From: an uncultured Syntrophaceae bacterium
Lineage (GTDB): Bacteria > Desulfobacterota > Syntrophia > Syntrophales > UBA2210
Assembly (NCBI GenBank): GCA_964387765.1
Contig: CAYLXS010000001.1
Location: 437-64,436, forward strand
Direction of reading: 5' to 3'
DNA length: 64,000 bases
Position numbers and translations under genes: made by a program. Below, in pieces: positions 8,760-17,638 of this stretch. Below the pieces are notes generated by a model. The model made no database searches and was not told the DNA's origin. It worked only from the letters and a program-made list of their open reading frames with translations. Position 1 is the first letter of the stretch, and every line of letters begins with the position of its first letter.

Positions 8760-10220
8760 ATGGCACATCGGGGTCTGAATACATTTCTACTGATCATTGT
8801 TGCAGTTTCTTTTATATCGTCATGCAGTCCTTTCAGACCCCCCGTTAGAACATCACCGGCCGGCGAAGTGCCCCTGACCTTCTCTCTCTACCCAACCGGA
8901 CCCGAGCGGTCGGAGCGGTGGTGGGAAGAATTCGATGACGAGGATTTGAACTCCCTGATCGAGGAGGCCTTGTCGGGCAGTTTCACTCTCAAAGAGGCCT
9001 GGGCCCGCCTGAGACAGGCGAAGGCCCTGGCAGTTCAGTCGGGAGTGGATCTCTATCCCGACCTCTCAGTCACGTCCGGGTCTTCTTTCAAACGCCAACG
9101 GTCAGAAAACAGTTCCGGCAGCCGGTCAACCGCATCGACCGAGAGCTATTCCCTGGGACTGAGCAGCAGTTACGAACTGGACCTCTGGGGACGAATACGC
9201 TCCGAACAGGAGGCAAAGATTCTCGATGCGACCGCCACCCGCGAGGACATCAATACGGCAGCCATGACGCTCACCGCAGAGGTTACGAGAAACTGGATCA
9301 ATATCATTTCGCAGAGAAGACAAAAAAAGATCCTGAATGAGCAATTCGCCATCAATATAACCTATCTGGAATTGATAGAACTTCGATTCCGTAAAGGGAT
9401 GGTCTCCGCTCTCGATGTCTATCAGCAGCGGCAGGTTGTCGAGCAGGTCAGGGCGCAACTACCCCTCGTCGAAGAGCAGGAACAGCTCCTGATGCACAAA
9501 CTGGCCCTGCTCCTCGGGAAGCCGCCCCGGACGTCGCTCACGATCAGCAGAAACACGCTCCCTGAATCTTCCGAAATCCCGAAAACGGGTCTCCCCGCGG
9601 ATCTTCTCGCGGCCAGGCCGGATGTGCGCTCGGCGGGTTTTAAACTGCGTTCAGCGGACTGGCAGGTCTCTTCCGCGCGGGCAAATCGTCTTCCCTCCAT
9701 CAGCCTGACCGCTTCGGCGACGTACCAGGCACCCGAAATTAACCTGCTCTTTCATACCTGGCTGATAAATCTCGCTGCAAACCTGACGGCCCCCCTCATT
9801 GACGGAGGACGTCGGGCGGCGGAGGTAGATCGTGCACGAGCGGTGGTGGATGAAAATCTGTCCGCTTACCGGAGGACGGTCTATACGGCGATCAAAGAGG
9901 TTGAAGATGCGCTGGTCACCGAGGAGAAAAAACGCCGGCATATCAAGGCCCTCAAGGCGGAGATTACCGCCGCCGGCCGGGCCCTCGATGAGGCCCGAGA
10001 TCGGTATCTAAAGGGAATAGACAATTATCTGCCTGTCCTGACACAGATCCTCAAGGTCCAGAGCCTTGACGTTGATCTGATCAAACGGCAGGCAGAACTG
10101 CTGATCGCACGTGTGGGCCTCTACCGTTCACTGGGAGGAACCTGGACGGACAAGCTTACCCCCGGCGGCGGTATGAAAGCAATAGAACCAACAAAAACCT
10201 CCAGCAATGATAAAGGGTGA
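8760..10220 (+). CDS. RND efflux outer-membrane factor lipoprotein (NodT family)
   Basis: Lipobox (..FISSC), 486 aa with two OEP-type repeats, and first position in a three-gene efflux operon. Confidence 0.9.
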   Translation: MAHRGLNTFLLIIVAVSFISSCSPFRPPVRTSPAGEVPLTFSLYPTGPERSERWWEEFDDEDLNSLIEEALSGSFTLKEAWARLRQAKALAVQSGVDLYPDLSVTSGSSFKRQRSENSSGSRSTASTESYSLGLSSSYELDLWGRIRSEQEAKILDATATREDINTAAMTLTAEVTRNWINIISQRRQKKILNEQFAINITYLELIELRFRKGMVSALDVYQQRQVVEQVRAQLPLVEEQEQLLMHKLALLLGKPPRTSLTISRNTLPESSEIPKTGLPADLLAARPDVRSAGFKLRSADWQVSSARANRLPSISLTASATYQAPEINLLFHTWLINLAANLTAPLIDGGRRAAEVDRARAVVDENLSAYRRTVYTAIKEVEDALVTEEKKRRHIKALKAEITAAGRALDEARDRYLKGIDNYLPVLTQILKVQSLDVDLIKRQAELLIARVGLYRSLGGTWTDKLTPGGGMKAIEPTKTSSNDKG

Positions 10221-10227
10221 AACTTAC

Positions 10228-11493
10228 ATGGAAAGACAGGAAAATACGAACACATCACCAGCGGATCAGACGGAACCAACCGGCACGAGCCGAAAGAGCC
10301 TGAAGATCATACTACCGTTTCTGATTCTCATTATCGCGATTGCCGTCGCGTTCTATGTCGGTAGCACCGCCCCCAAGGCACTTAGAACCCCTCCCGTGCG
10401 GGAGGCGCCTCTGGTGGAGACACTGCCGGCTCAGCACACTTCGGAACGGATAATAATCCCGGCGATGGGAAGCATCATCCCGGCCCGGGAGATCACGCTC
10501 AAATCACAGGTTTCGGGAGATATCTTGAAGATAAACCCCCGATTCACGGAAGGCGGACATCTAAAAAAGGGCGATGAGCTCCTGAAGATAGATGATCAGG
10601 ACTACCGCCTGGCCGTGGCCGAGCAGCACAGTCAGGTTGTCGGCGCCGAGTACGCTTTGAAACTGGAAATGGGACGTCAGGATGTCGCGCAGCGAGAGTG
10701 GGAACTGTTGGGCGGCGGCGACTCCTCGAAGGCTCCCGATTCCGAACTGGCCCTCCGCAAACCCCATCTTGAAAAGGCGCAGGCGGATGTCGCGTCAGCA
10801 CATGCCGCGATGAAGCGGGCCGAGCTGGATCTCGCCCGCACTACCGTTCGCGCTCCCTTTAACTGTATTGTGCGCACAAAAAATGTGGACCTGGGTTCCC
10901 ACGTCTCTTCCCAGGACCAGCTAGCAGAACTGGTGGGAACGGATGAATACCGGGTGCGGGCTTCCGTACCGCTCGACCGCCTCAAATGGATCTCCATCCC
11001 CCGTGGAAGGGATGATTATGGATCTAAGGCGCGTATCATCTACGGGAACGGGACCGGATATGAACGGAAGGGCAGCGTCGTCAAGTTGCTGGCAGACCTC
11101 GAAGAGGGGGGAAGAATGGCCCGTATCATAATCGCGGTCAAAGATCCGCTCGACTTAAAATCCCCGGAAAGCACCCGGCCGCCTCTTCTGATAAGCGAAT
11201 ATGTCCGCGTCGCGATCGAGGGCCCAGAGCTGAAAGGGATCATCGCCCTGCCCCGCTCCGCCCTGCGTGATGGTAAAAATATCTGGATCGCGGGCAAAGA
11301 TGACAGGCTCGATATACGGAGTGTAAATATCGTCTGGCGAGGAGAGACTACCGTACTGGTACAGGATGGAGTGGCGGACGGCGATCGGATTATTATTACC
11401 GATCTTGCAACCCCGATACAGGGAATACATGTCATGGTGAACAAACCGGCGAGCACAACCGCGGTGACAACACCCGGGCCTGAGAAACAGTAA
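10228..11493 (+). CDS. RND efflux periplasmic adaptor (MFP/HlyD family)
   Basis: A TM anchor plus coiled-coil and barrel segments, located between the OMF and the pump. The ATG at 10228 follows AAGGGTGA and is preferred over the overlapping 10207 start. Confidence 0.85.
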   Translation: MERQENTNTSPADQTEPTGTSRKSLKIILPFLILIIAIAVAFYVGSTAPKALRTPPVREAPLVETLPAQHTSERIIIPAMGSIIPAREITLKSQVSGDILKINPRFTEGGHLKKGDELLKIDDQDYRLAVAEQHSQVVGAEYALKLEMGRQDVAQREWELLGGGDSSKAPDSELALRKPHLEKAQADVASAHAAMKRAELDLARTTVRAPFNCIVRTKNVDLGSHVSSQDQLAELVGTDEYRVRASVPLDRLKWISIPRGRDDYGSKARIIYGNGTGYERKGSVVKLLADLEEGGRMARIIIAVKDPLDLKSPESTRPPLLISEYVRVAIEGPELKGIIALPRSALRDGKNIWIAGKDDRLDIRSVNIVWRGETTVLVQDGVADGDRIIITDLATPIQGIHVMVNKPASTTAVTTPGPEKQ

Positions 11494-11520
11494 TCATTAG
11501 CGAAGGAACCGATACTGACG

Positions 11521-14500
11521 ATGATGGAAAAGAACAGCGAAAAACGAGGTCCTCTCGCATGGATGGCGGGCAATTCCGTTGCCGCCAACCTGCTGATGAT
11601 CGTCCTGCTCGTGGGAGGCCTTATCTGGGCCCTTCAGATCAAGCAGGAGGTGTTCCCCGATTTTGACCCGGACCATGTAAACATCACCGTTGCCTATCCC
11701 GGGGCGAGTCCTGAAGAGGTTGAGCAGGCGATTATTCTTGCCGTTGAGGAGGCCGTTTCCGGCCTGGAGGGTATTAGAGAGATTACTTCCAGCGCGCGAG
11801 AAGGCTCAGGCTTTGTACAGGTAGAGATGATCGAGGGCTATGATAATCAGAAACTGGCACGGGATATTGAAAACGAGGTGGATCGCATCAGTTCCTTTCC
11901 TGAGGAAGCGGAAGATCCGCGAGTGGAGAGCACCCCTCATCGTCGGCAGGTCATCTCGCTGGTTTTGTACGGTGATCAGGATGAGCGAATACTCCGGGAA
12001 AAGGTTGAAGAGATCCGGGACAAACTCCTCCAGAACCCGGAGATTACCCAGGTGGACCTGTCCGGTATTCGTGACCTGGAGATCAGCATCGAGGTATCCC
12101 AGGATAAGCTGCGGGCCTATAACCTGACGCTCGATGATGTCGCGACAAAGGTACGGCAAGCATCCGTTGATCTCCCCGGAGGCGGCATCAAGACTGCCGG
12201 GGGCGAGATCCTGGTCCGCATGACGGAGCGGCGTGATTTCGGGGAACAATTCGCCCGCATCCCCATTATTTCCTCCAGCGACGGCACCCGCGTGCTCCTT
12301 GAAGATATCGCCACGGTGATCGATGGATTTGAGGATACGGATACTTACGCAACATACAACGGTAAGCCCGCCATGATGATCGACGTCTACCGGGTGGGCG
12401 ATCAAACCCCCCTGTCGGTGGGGGATGCCGTTATGCCATACGTGGAGGAATGGCGTCAGACACTGCCGGAGGGGATCAGTATCGATATACTGAGGGACAG
12501 TTCGGACGTGTACCGCCAGCGCCTGACCATGCTTCTCCATAACGGCTATATGGGTCTCGCCCTCGTGCTGATACTGCTCGGACTGTTTCTGGAGGCACGC
12601 CTGGCCTTCTGGGTGACCATGGGGATTCCAATATCCTTTCTCGGCTCGATCCTTTTTTTGCCGCATTTCGGAGTCAGCATCAACATGATGTCGATGTTCG
12701 CCTTTATCGTGGCGCTGGGAATCGTCGTGGACGACGCCATCGTGGTGGGAGAGAACATCTATACTTTCCGCGAAAAGGGTTATTCCTTCCGGAGGGCGGC
12801 CATTGAGGGAGTGCGCGAGGTGGCCATGCCAGTCACGTTCAGCATACTCACCAACATCGTGACCTTTACGCCTCTCCTCTTTGTACCAGGGATTCCCGGA
12901 AAAATCTTCAAGTCGATCCCGATTGTTGTGATCATCGTTCTAGCCATTTCCCTGGTGGAGAGTCTCTTCATACTTCCGGCCCACCTGGGACGCCGGAGCG
13001 ATAAGCCCGACCATGCGATCATGGCATGGTTGCACATGAGGCAGCAACGCTTCAGTAACCGGTTCAGCCGGCTTGTCAGGGAACGGTACGGACCCTTTCT
13101 GGACTGGGCCCTTACCTGGCGGTACCTGACGGTCGCCATCGGACTGGCGATCCTGATCATCACCCTTGTCTATGTGAACAGCGGGCGGCTGGGAATCACA
13201 CTGATGGAGCGGATCGAGTCGGACTTCGCCCAGGTGGAAGTCGCACTCCCCTACGGATCGGCAATTGAGAAGACAGAGGCGGTACAGACAACCCTTATAC
13301 AGGCGGCACGGAAGATTGCAGACGAAAACGGCGGGAAAACTCTGGTCAAGGGTATCTATTCTCGAATCGGGGCCCCGGTCAATGGAACGGCAGGCAGCCA
13401 TACCTGCCGATTGCGCGTATATCTCACCCCGGCCAATGAGCGCCCCATGGAGACGGGTGATTTTGTGAAGGTCTGGCGCCGCGAGGTAGGCGCGATTGCC
13501 GGTCTGGAAAGCCTCATTTTCAAGTCTGATGCCGGGGGACCCGGTTCACGGGCCTCCATGTCCATTGAACTGAGCCACCGGGATCTGGCGGTGCTTGAGG
13601 CCGCTGGTGCTGAGTTAGCCGAAGACTTGAGGTATTTCCCCAAAGTTAAGGATATTAATGATGGTTTCGCTCCTGGAAAGCAGCAGATCGACTTCATGAT
13701 TCGCCCGGAAGGCAGGGCCCTCGGTCTGACAGCTCGTGATGTTGCCGGCCAGGTCCGCAACTCCTTTTACGGAAGCATGGTGCTGCGTCAGCAACGAGGA
13801 CGCAACGAGGTAACCGTCATGGTGCGCCTCCCCGAAAATGAGCGCACGTCGGAATACACCCTCGAAGAACTGATGCTCAGGACGCCGACCGGCCAGGAGG
13901 TCCCGCTGAAGGAAGCAGTCACCATGAAGCGGGGACGTGCCTACACGGAGATAGACCGCAGAGATGGACGGCGGGTCATCACGGTGACAGCGAATATAAA
14001 TCCCCCCAGCGAGGCAAGCAGTGTTCTGAACACCCTCAAGGCGGAAACTCTTCCGGAGCTGAAACGGAAGTATGCCGGTCTGAACTATGGGTTTGAGGGA
14101 CGTCAGGCGGATCTTACGGACAGCATGAATAGCCTCTTTATGGGACTGGTGCTGGCCATGCTGGTTGTATACGCCCTGCTTGCTATCCCGTTTCGCAGTT
14201 ATATCCAGCCGCTGATTATCATGGTGAGCATCCCCTTCGGAATCGTGGGAGCGATCTTCGGTCATCTTCTCATGGGCTACAGCCTCAGCGTGATGAGCCT
14301 GTTCGGGATTGTGGCCCTCACTGGTGTGGTGGTCAACGATTCGCTGGTGTTGATCGATTTTGCCAACCGACAGCGGGCAAAGGGCAAAAATCCGCACGAT
14401 GCTATTCATACGGCGGCAATCAACCGCTTCCGCCCGATCCTCCTGACATCGCTCACGACCTTTGGAGGACTGACCCCTATCATGCTCGAAACCGCTAGAC

Positions 14501-14679
14501 AGGCCCGTTTCATGATTCCCATGGCCATTTCACTCGGCTTCGGGGTCCTCTTCGCAACCCTGATCACACTGATTCTGGTGCCCTGCTTCTACCTGGTGGT
14601 TGAGGATCTTAAGTTGAAAAAACCCGGCGAGTTATCGGACGTCGGAGTGAGAGAACCCGTTGATGTAACGGGTAGATGA
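11521..14679 (+). CDS. RND efflux permease (AcrB/CzcA family)
   Basis: 1052 aa with 12-TM architecture and conserved GIVVDDAIVVGENI / GVVVNDSLVLIDF segments. Confidence 0.95.
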   Translation: MMEKNSEKRGPLAWMAGNSVAANLLMIVLLVGGLIWALQIKQEVFPDFDPDHVNITVAYPGASPEEVEQAIILAVEEAVSGLEGIREITSSAREGSGFVQVEMIEGYDNQKLARDIENEVDRISSFPEEAEDPRVESTPHRRQVISLVLYGDQDERILREKVEEIRDKLLQNPEITQVDLSGIRDLEISIEVSQDKLRAYNLTLDDVATKVRQASVDLPGGGIKTAGGEILVRMTERRDFGEQFARIPIISSSDGTRVLLEDIATVIDGFEDTDTYATYNGKPAMMIDVYRVGDQTPLSVGDAVMPYVEEWRQTLPEGISIDILRDSSDVYRQRLTMLLHNGYMGLALVLILLGLFLEARLAFWVTMGIPISFLGSILFLPHFGVSINMMSMFAFIVALGIVVDDAIVVGENIYTFREKGYSFRRAAIEGVREVAMPVTFSILTNIVTFTPLLFVPGIPGKIFKSIPIVVIIVLAISLVESLFILPAHLGRRSDKPDHAIMAWLHMRQQRFSNRFSRLVRERYGPFLDWALTWRYLTVAIGLAILIITLVYVNSGRLGITLMERIESDFAQVEVALPYGSAIEKTEAVQTTLIQAARKIADENGGKTLVKGIYSRIGAPVNGTAGSHTCRLRVYLTPANERPMETGDFVKVWRREVGAIAGLESLIFKSDAGGPGSRASMSIELSHRDLAVLEAAGAELAEDLRYFPKVKDINDGFAPGKQQIDFMIRPEGRALGLTARDVAGQVRNSFYGSMVLRQQRGRNEVTVMVRLPENERTSEYTLEELMLRTPTGQEVPLKEAVTMKRGRAYTEIDRRDGRRVITVTANINPPSEASSVLNTLKAETLPELKRKYAGLNYGFEGRQADLTDSMNSLFMGLVLAMLVVYALLAIPFRSYIQPLIIMVSIPFGIVGAIFGHLLMGYSLSVMSLFGIVALTGVVVNDSLVLIDFANRQRAKGKNPHDAIHTAAINRFRPILLTSLTTFGGLTPIMLETARQARFMIPMAISLGFGVLFATLITLILVPCFYLVVEDLKLKKPGELSDVGVREPVDVTGR

Positions 14680-14682
14680 GAT

Positions 14683-14715
14683 AAAATATTGGGGTGAGTG
14701 ACCGGATTTGAACCG
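14683..14715. repeat. Direct repeat (att-like): partial copy of the tRNA-His 3' end
   Basis: The 33-nt sequence AAAATATTGGGGTGAGTGACCGGATTTGAACCG is identical to 20114-20146. It covers 26 nt of the tRNA-His 3' half plus 7 nt beyond the CCA. Confidence 0.9.
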
Positions 14716-14789
14716 AGCACTTTGGCCCTAAATAATTGAAATAACTATGGTTCAAATGACCTTGGCATCAAAATGACACTATCTGTGAT

Positions 14790-14834
14790 TGGGGCGGCAG
14801 GATTTGACCTGCAAACGCTGGCATCGCCAAGCCA
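14790..14834 (-). pseudogene. Degenerate tRNA-like 3' fragment (T-arm/acceptor-like)
   Basis: The reverse complement reads ..GCAGGTCAAATCCTGCCGCCCCA, a T-arm with a 6-nt loop (one base short) plus an acceptor 3' strand. There is no matching 5' half and no CCA. Confidence 0.3.
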
Positions 14835-15213
14835 GAAGGCTAAGGCGGTCAAGACTGCAAATACAAAGCTTCACTGTGGCTGATCGGGCCAAATCATTGA
14901 ATGCGGGATGAAACATGCTACTACCTGACAACTTGTTTTCCGCTCATCCCGGCTATAGCTTACTTCCTGAACTCCTTAGATGACGGATATCCAACATTTC
15001 AATCTTATTGATGTTTTTTCTCAGAAATGAAATAAAAATGGCCTTGAAGACCTGTATATGATATTGTAGTAGAAATTTGTATTTTCTAAGGACACAAATC
15101 TAGCGCATTGAATAAAAAGTAATGTTAATAGAATGCGAAGTCTCGGATTTTCGAAAGGTGGTGAGATACCGAGGGGTTATGAAAAACTACCACCATAGAG
15201 AAAGGATTGACCG

Positions 15214-15573
15214 ATGAATACAGACATGAAAGCAAAGATCAAGTTTGGAGCCGGAGGCATTATTATTGGGGCCGCACTCGCCATGATTATTGGTTTCAGC
15301 TGGGGTGGATGGACAACCTCCAGCACTACCACCGAGATAACGGAAAAGGCGATCCTGGCAAATAAGGTGGCGATCTGCGTCGCCCAATTTATTAAGGACC
15401 CGAACTACGAAGAAAACCTTAAGAAATTTGAGAAACTCGACTCATACGGAATGAAAAACACAAGTGACTATGTACGGAAATTTGGCTGGGATAAAATGCC
15501 CGGGGAAGAAAAAGTCGACAGTGATGTATGCAAGGCATGTGCTAAGGGCATTGAAGCTCTTATCAAAAAATGA
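15214..15573 (+). CDS. Hypothetical small membrane-anchored protein
   Basis: One N-terminal TM helix (GGIIIGAALAMIIGFSWGGW). No family recognised. Confidence 0.5.
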   Translation: MNTDMKAKIKFGAGGIIIGAALAMIIGFSWGGWTTSSTTTEITEKAILANKVAICVAQFIKDPNYEENLKKFEKLDSYGMKNTSDYVRKFGWDKMPGEEKVDSDVCKACAKGIEALIKK

Positions 15574-15700
15574 GATAAACTGTTATCTTCACAACTAACT
15601 TCGTCTTTAAACCCTTTTTGGAAAAGTTATAACAGTATTTCCGCTTCTCAAGTGAGGGCTGGGTTTTATGTTTTAATCATTCTTTTTAATAGGTGATCTT

Positions 15701-17623
15701 GTGAGAGATAATAATAAGACAAAGAAGCAGCTCGTACAGGAACTGACGGCATTGCGCTCGCAAAATGCCGATCTGAAAAAATCAACAGCCGGAAATCTAT
15801 CAACTGCGTCTGCATCCGAGGAGTCCGCTCGCTATGCAGAAAGTATTTTGGGAACTGTTCGAGAGCCCCTTTTGGTCCTGGATGCGGATCTGAAAATAGT
15901 CTCGGCAAACCACAACTTTTACAAAACTTTTAAAGTAACTCCGGATGAGACGATTGGGAGTTTTATCTATGACCTTGGAAACAAACAATGGGACATCTCT
16001 AAACTTCGGGAGCTGCTTGAAGAAATTCTTCCTGAAAAAGAAACGTTCAACGGCTTCGAGGTTACCCATAATTTTCAAGACATCGGTCATAAAATCATGC
16101 TGCTCAATGCCCGCCAGATTGAACAGGGGATGGGCAAGGAACGGATCATTCTGCTGGCTATCGAGGATATCACCGCGCGCAAAAAGGCCGAAAACGACCT
16201 GCATCTTAGCGATGAGAAATTTCGCAGCTATGTAGAACAGGCTTCCGAAGCAATTTACCTTTTTCAATTGAAAGAACCAATATCGGTTGATATGCCCGTT
16301 GAAGAACAAATCAAAAATCTTTACGAAGGTTATGTAATTGAAGCAAACGATTCCCTGGCAAAAATGTATGGTTTCGACAAAGCAAACGAACTAAATGGAA
16401 TGACCCTTGCCGAATTTCATGGAAGCACAGATAATCCGAAGAATTTAGAATTCCTTAGAGCTTGGATTGAAGCAAATTACCGCATTACTGATACGGAGTC
16501 TAAAGAAGTTGACAACGATGGAAATGAACTTTGGATTACGAATAATTTAATAGGACATGTTGAAGACGGTTATTTGATACATATATGGGGTACACAAACC
16601 AATATAACAGAAAGAAAGCAGGCAGAAGAGAAGCTTGAAGAAGCAAATACAATAATTAATAAAAGCCCTTCAGTAGCTTTTACATGGAAAAATGAGGAAG
16701 GGTGGCCAGCCAAATATGTTTCGAAAAACGTAGGTTCACTACTCGGATATACTGTAAAAGATTTCACATCCGGGAATGTAGCTTACCTAAAGTGTATTCA
16801 TCCTGATGATATCGAACGTGTAATACAGGAAGTCATGGAGGTTAGCAGTGATAAGAGTAAAGAGGAATTTGTTCACGAACCATATAGAGTCGTTACAAAA
16901 GATGGCAAAGTGAAATTTGTTAGTGACTGGACATTTATCGTTAGAGATGAAAAGGGTAATATCACGCATTATAAAGGGATTATAGCAGACATCACCAAGC
17001 GCAAGCAGGCAGAGGAAAACCTTCAGGATACCCTTGAAAGTCTCAGGAAGGCTGTTGCCACGACCATCCAAGTCATGGTGTCCACAGTGGAGGCACGAGA
17101 CCCCTATACGGCCGGCCACCAACTCCGAGTTGCCGATCTTGCCCGTACCATCGCCACGGAGATGGGATTACCCCAGGAGAAGATCGAAGGTATTCGTATG
17201 GCGGGTTCCATCCATGACATCGGTAAATTATCCATCCCCGCGGAGATATTGTCCAAACCCGGCAAGCTGTCAGACATTGAGTTTTCCCTGATAAAAGAGC
17301 ACGCCCGGAAAGGGTATGAGATGCTGAAGGATGTGGACTCCCCCTGGCCCCTGGCAGAGATTGTCTACCAGCATCATGAACGGATGGATGGTTCCGGCTA
17401 CCCCAGAAATTTGAAGGGGGATGAGATTCTCATGGATGCCCGCATTATGGCTGTGGCCGACGTGGTGGAGGGCATGGCTTCTCATCGGCCTTATCGTGCT
17501 ACTCTGGGGATTGACGCAGCTCTGAAGGAGATCGAGGATCAGCGGGGGGTTCTTTACGACGCGGACGTGGTGGATACCTGCCTGCGGTTGTTTAGGAAGA
17601 AAGATTATCAGCTTCAATCCTGA
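15701..17623 (+). CDS. PAS-domain sensor with a C-terminal HD-GYP domain (c-di-GMP phosphodiesterase type)
   Basis: GSIHDIGK and HHERMDGSGYP motifs, preceded by several PAS-like segments. GTG start. Confidence 0.9.
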   Translation: MRDNNKTKKQLVQELTALRSQNADLKKSTAGNLSTASASEESARYAESILGTVREPLLVLDADLKIVSANHNFYKTFKVTPDETIGSFIYDLGNKQWDISKLRELLEEILPEKETFNGFEVTHNFQDIGHKIMLLNARQIEQGMGKERIILLAIEDITARKKAENDLHLSDEKFRSYVEQASEAIYLFQLKEPISVDMPVEEQIKNLYEGYVIEANDSLAKMYGFDKANELNGMTLAEFHGSTDNPKNLEFLRAWIEANYRITDTESKEVDNDGNELWITNNLIGHVEDGYLIHIWGTQTNITERKQAEEKLEEANTIINKSPSVAFTWKNEEGWPAKYVSKNVGSLLGYTVKDFTSGNVAYLKCIHPDDIERVIQEVMEVSSDKSKEEFVHEPYRVVTKDGKVKFVSDWTFIVRDEKGNITHYKGIIADITKRKQAEENLQDTLESLRKAVATTIQVMVSTVEARDPYTAGHQLRVADLARTIATEMGLPQEKIEGIRMAGSIHDIGKLSIPAEILSKPGKLSDIEFSLIKEHARKGYEMLKDVDSPWPLAEIVYQHHERMDGSGYPRNLKGDEILMDARIMAVADVVEGMASHRPYRATLGIDAALKEIEDQRGVLYDADVVDTCLRLFRKKDYQLQS

Positions 17624-17638
17624 AGGAAGAGAACGGAA

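Noticed and set aside
11806-14409. Long antisense ORFs (286 aa and 264 aa) within the RND permease gene
   Set aside because: These are typical stop-poor antisense frames of a GC-rich gene. Their composition is Arg/Gly/His-rich and not protein-like, and the sense strand has unmistakable AcrB-type sequence.
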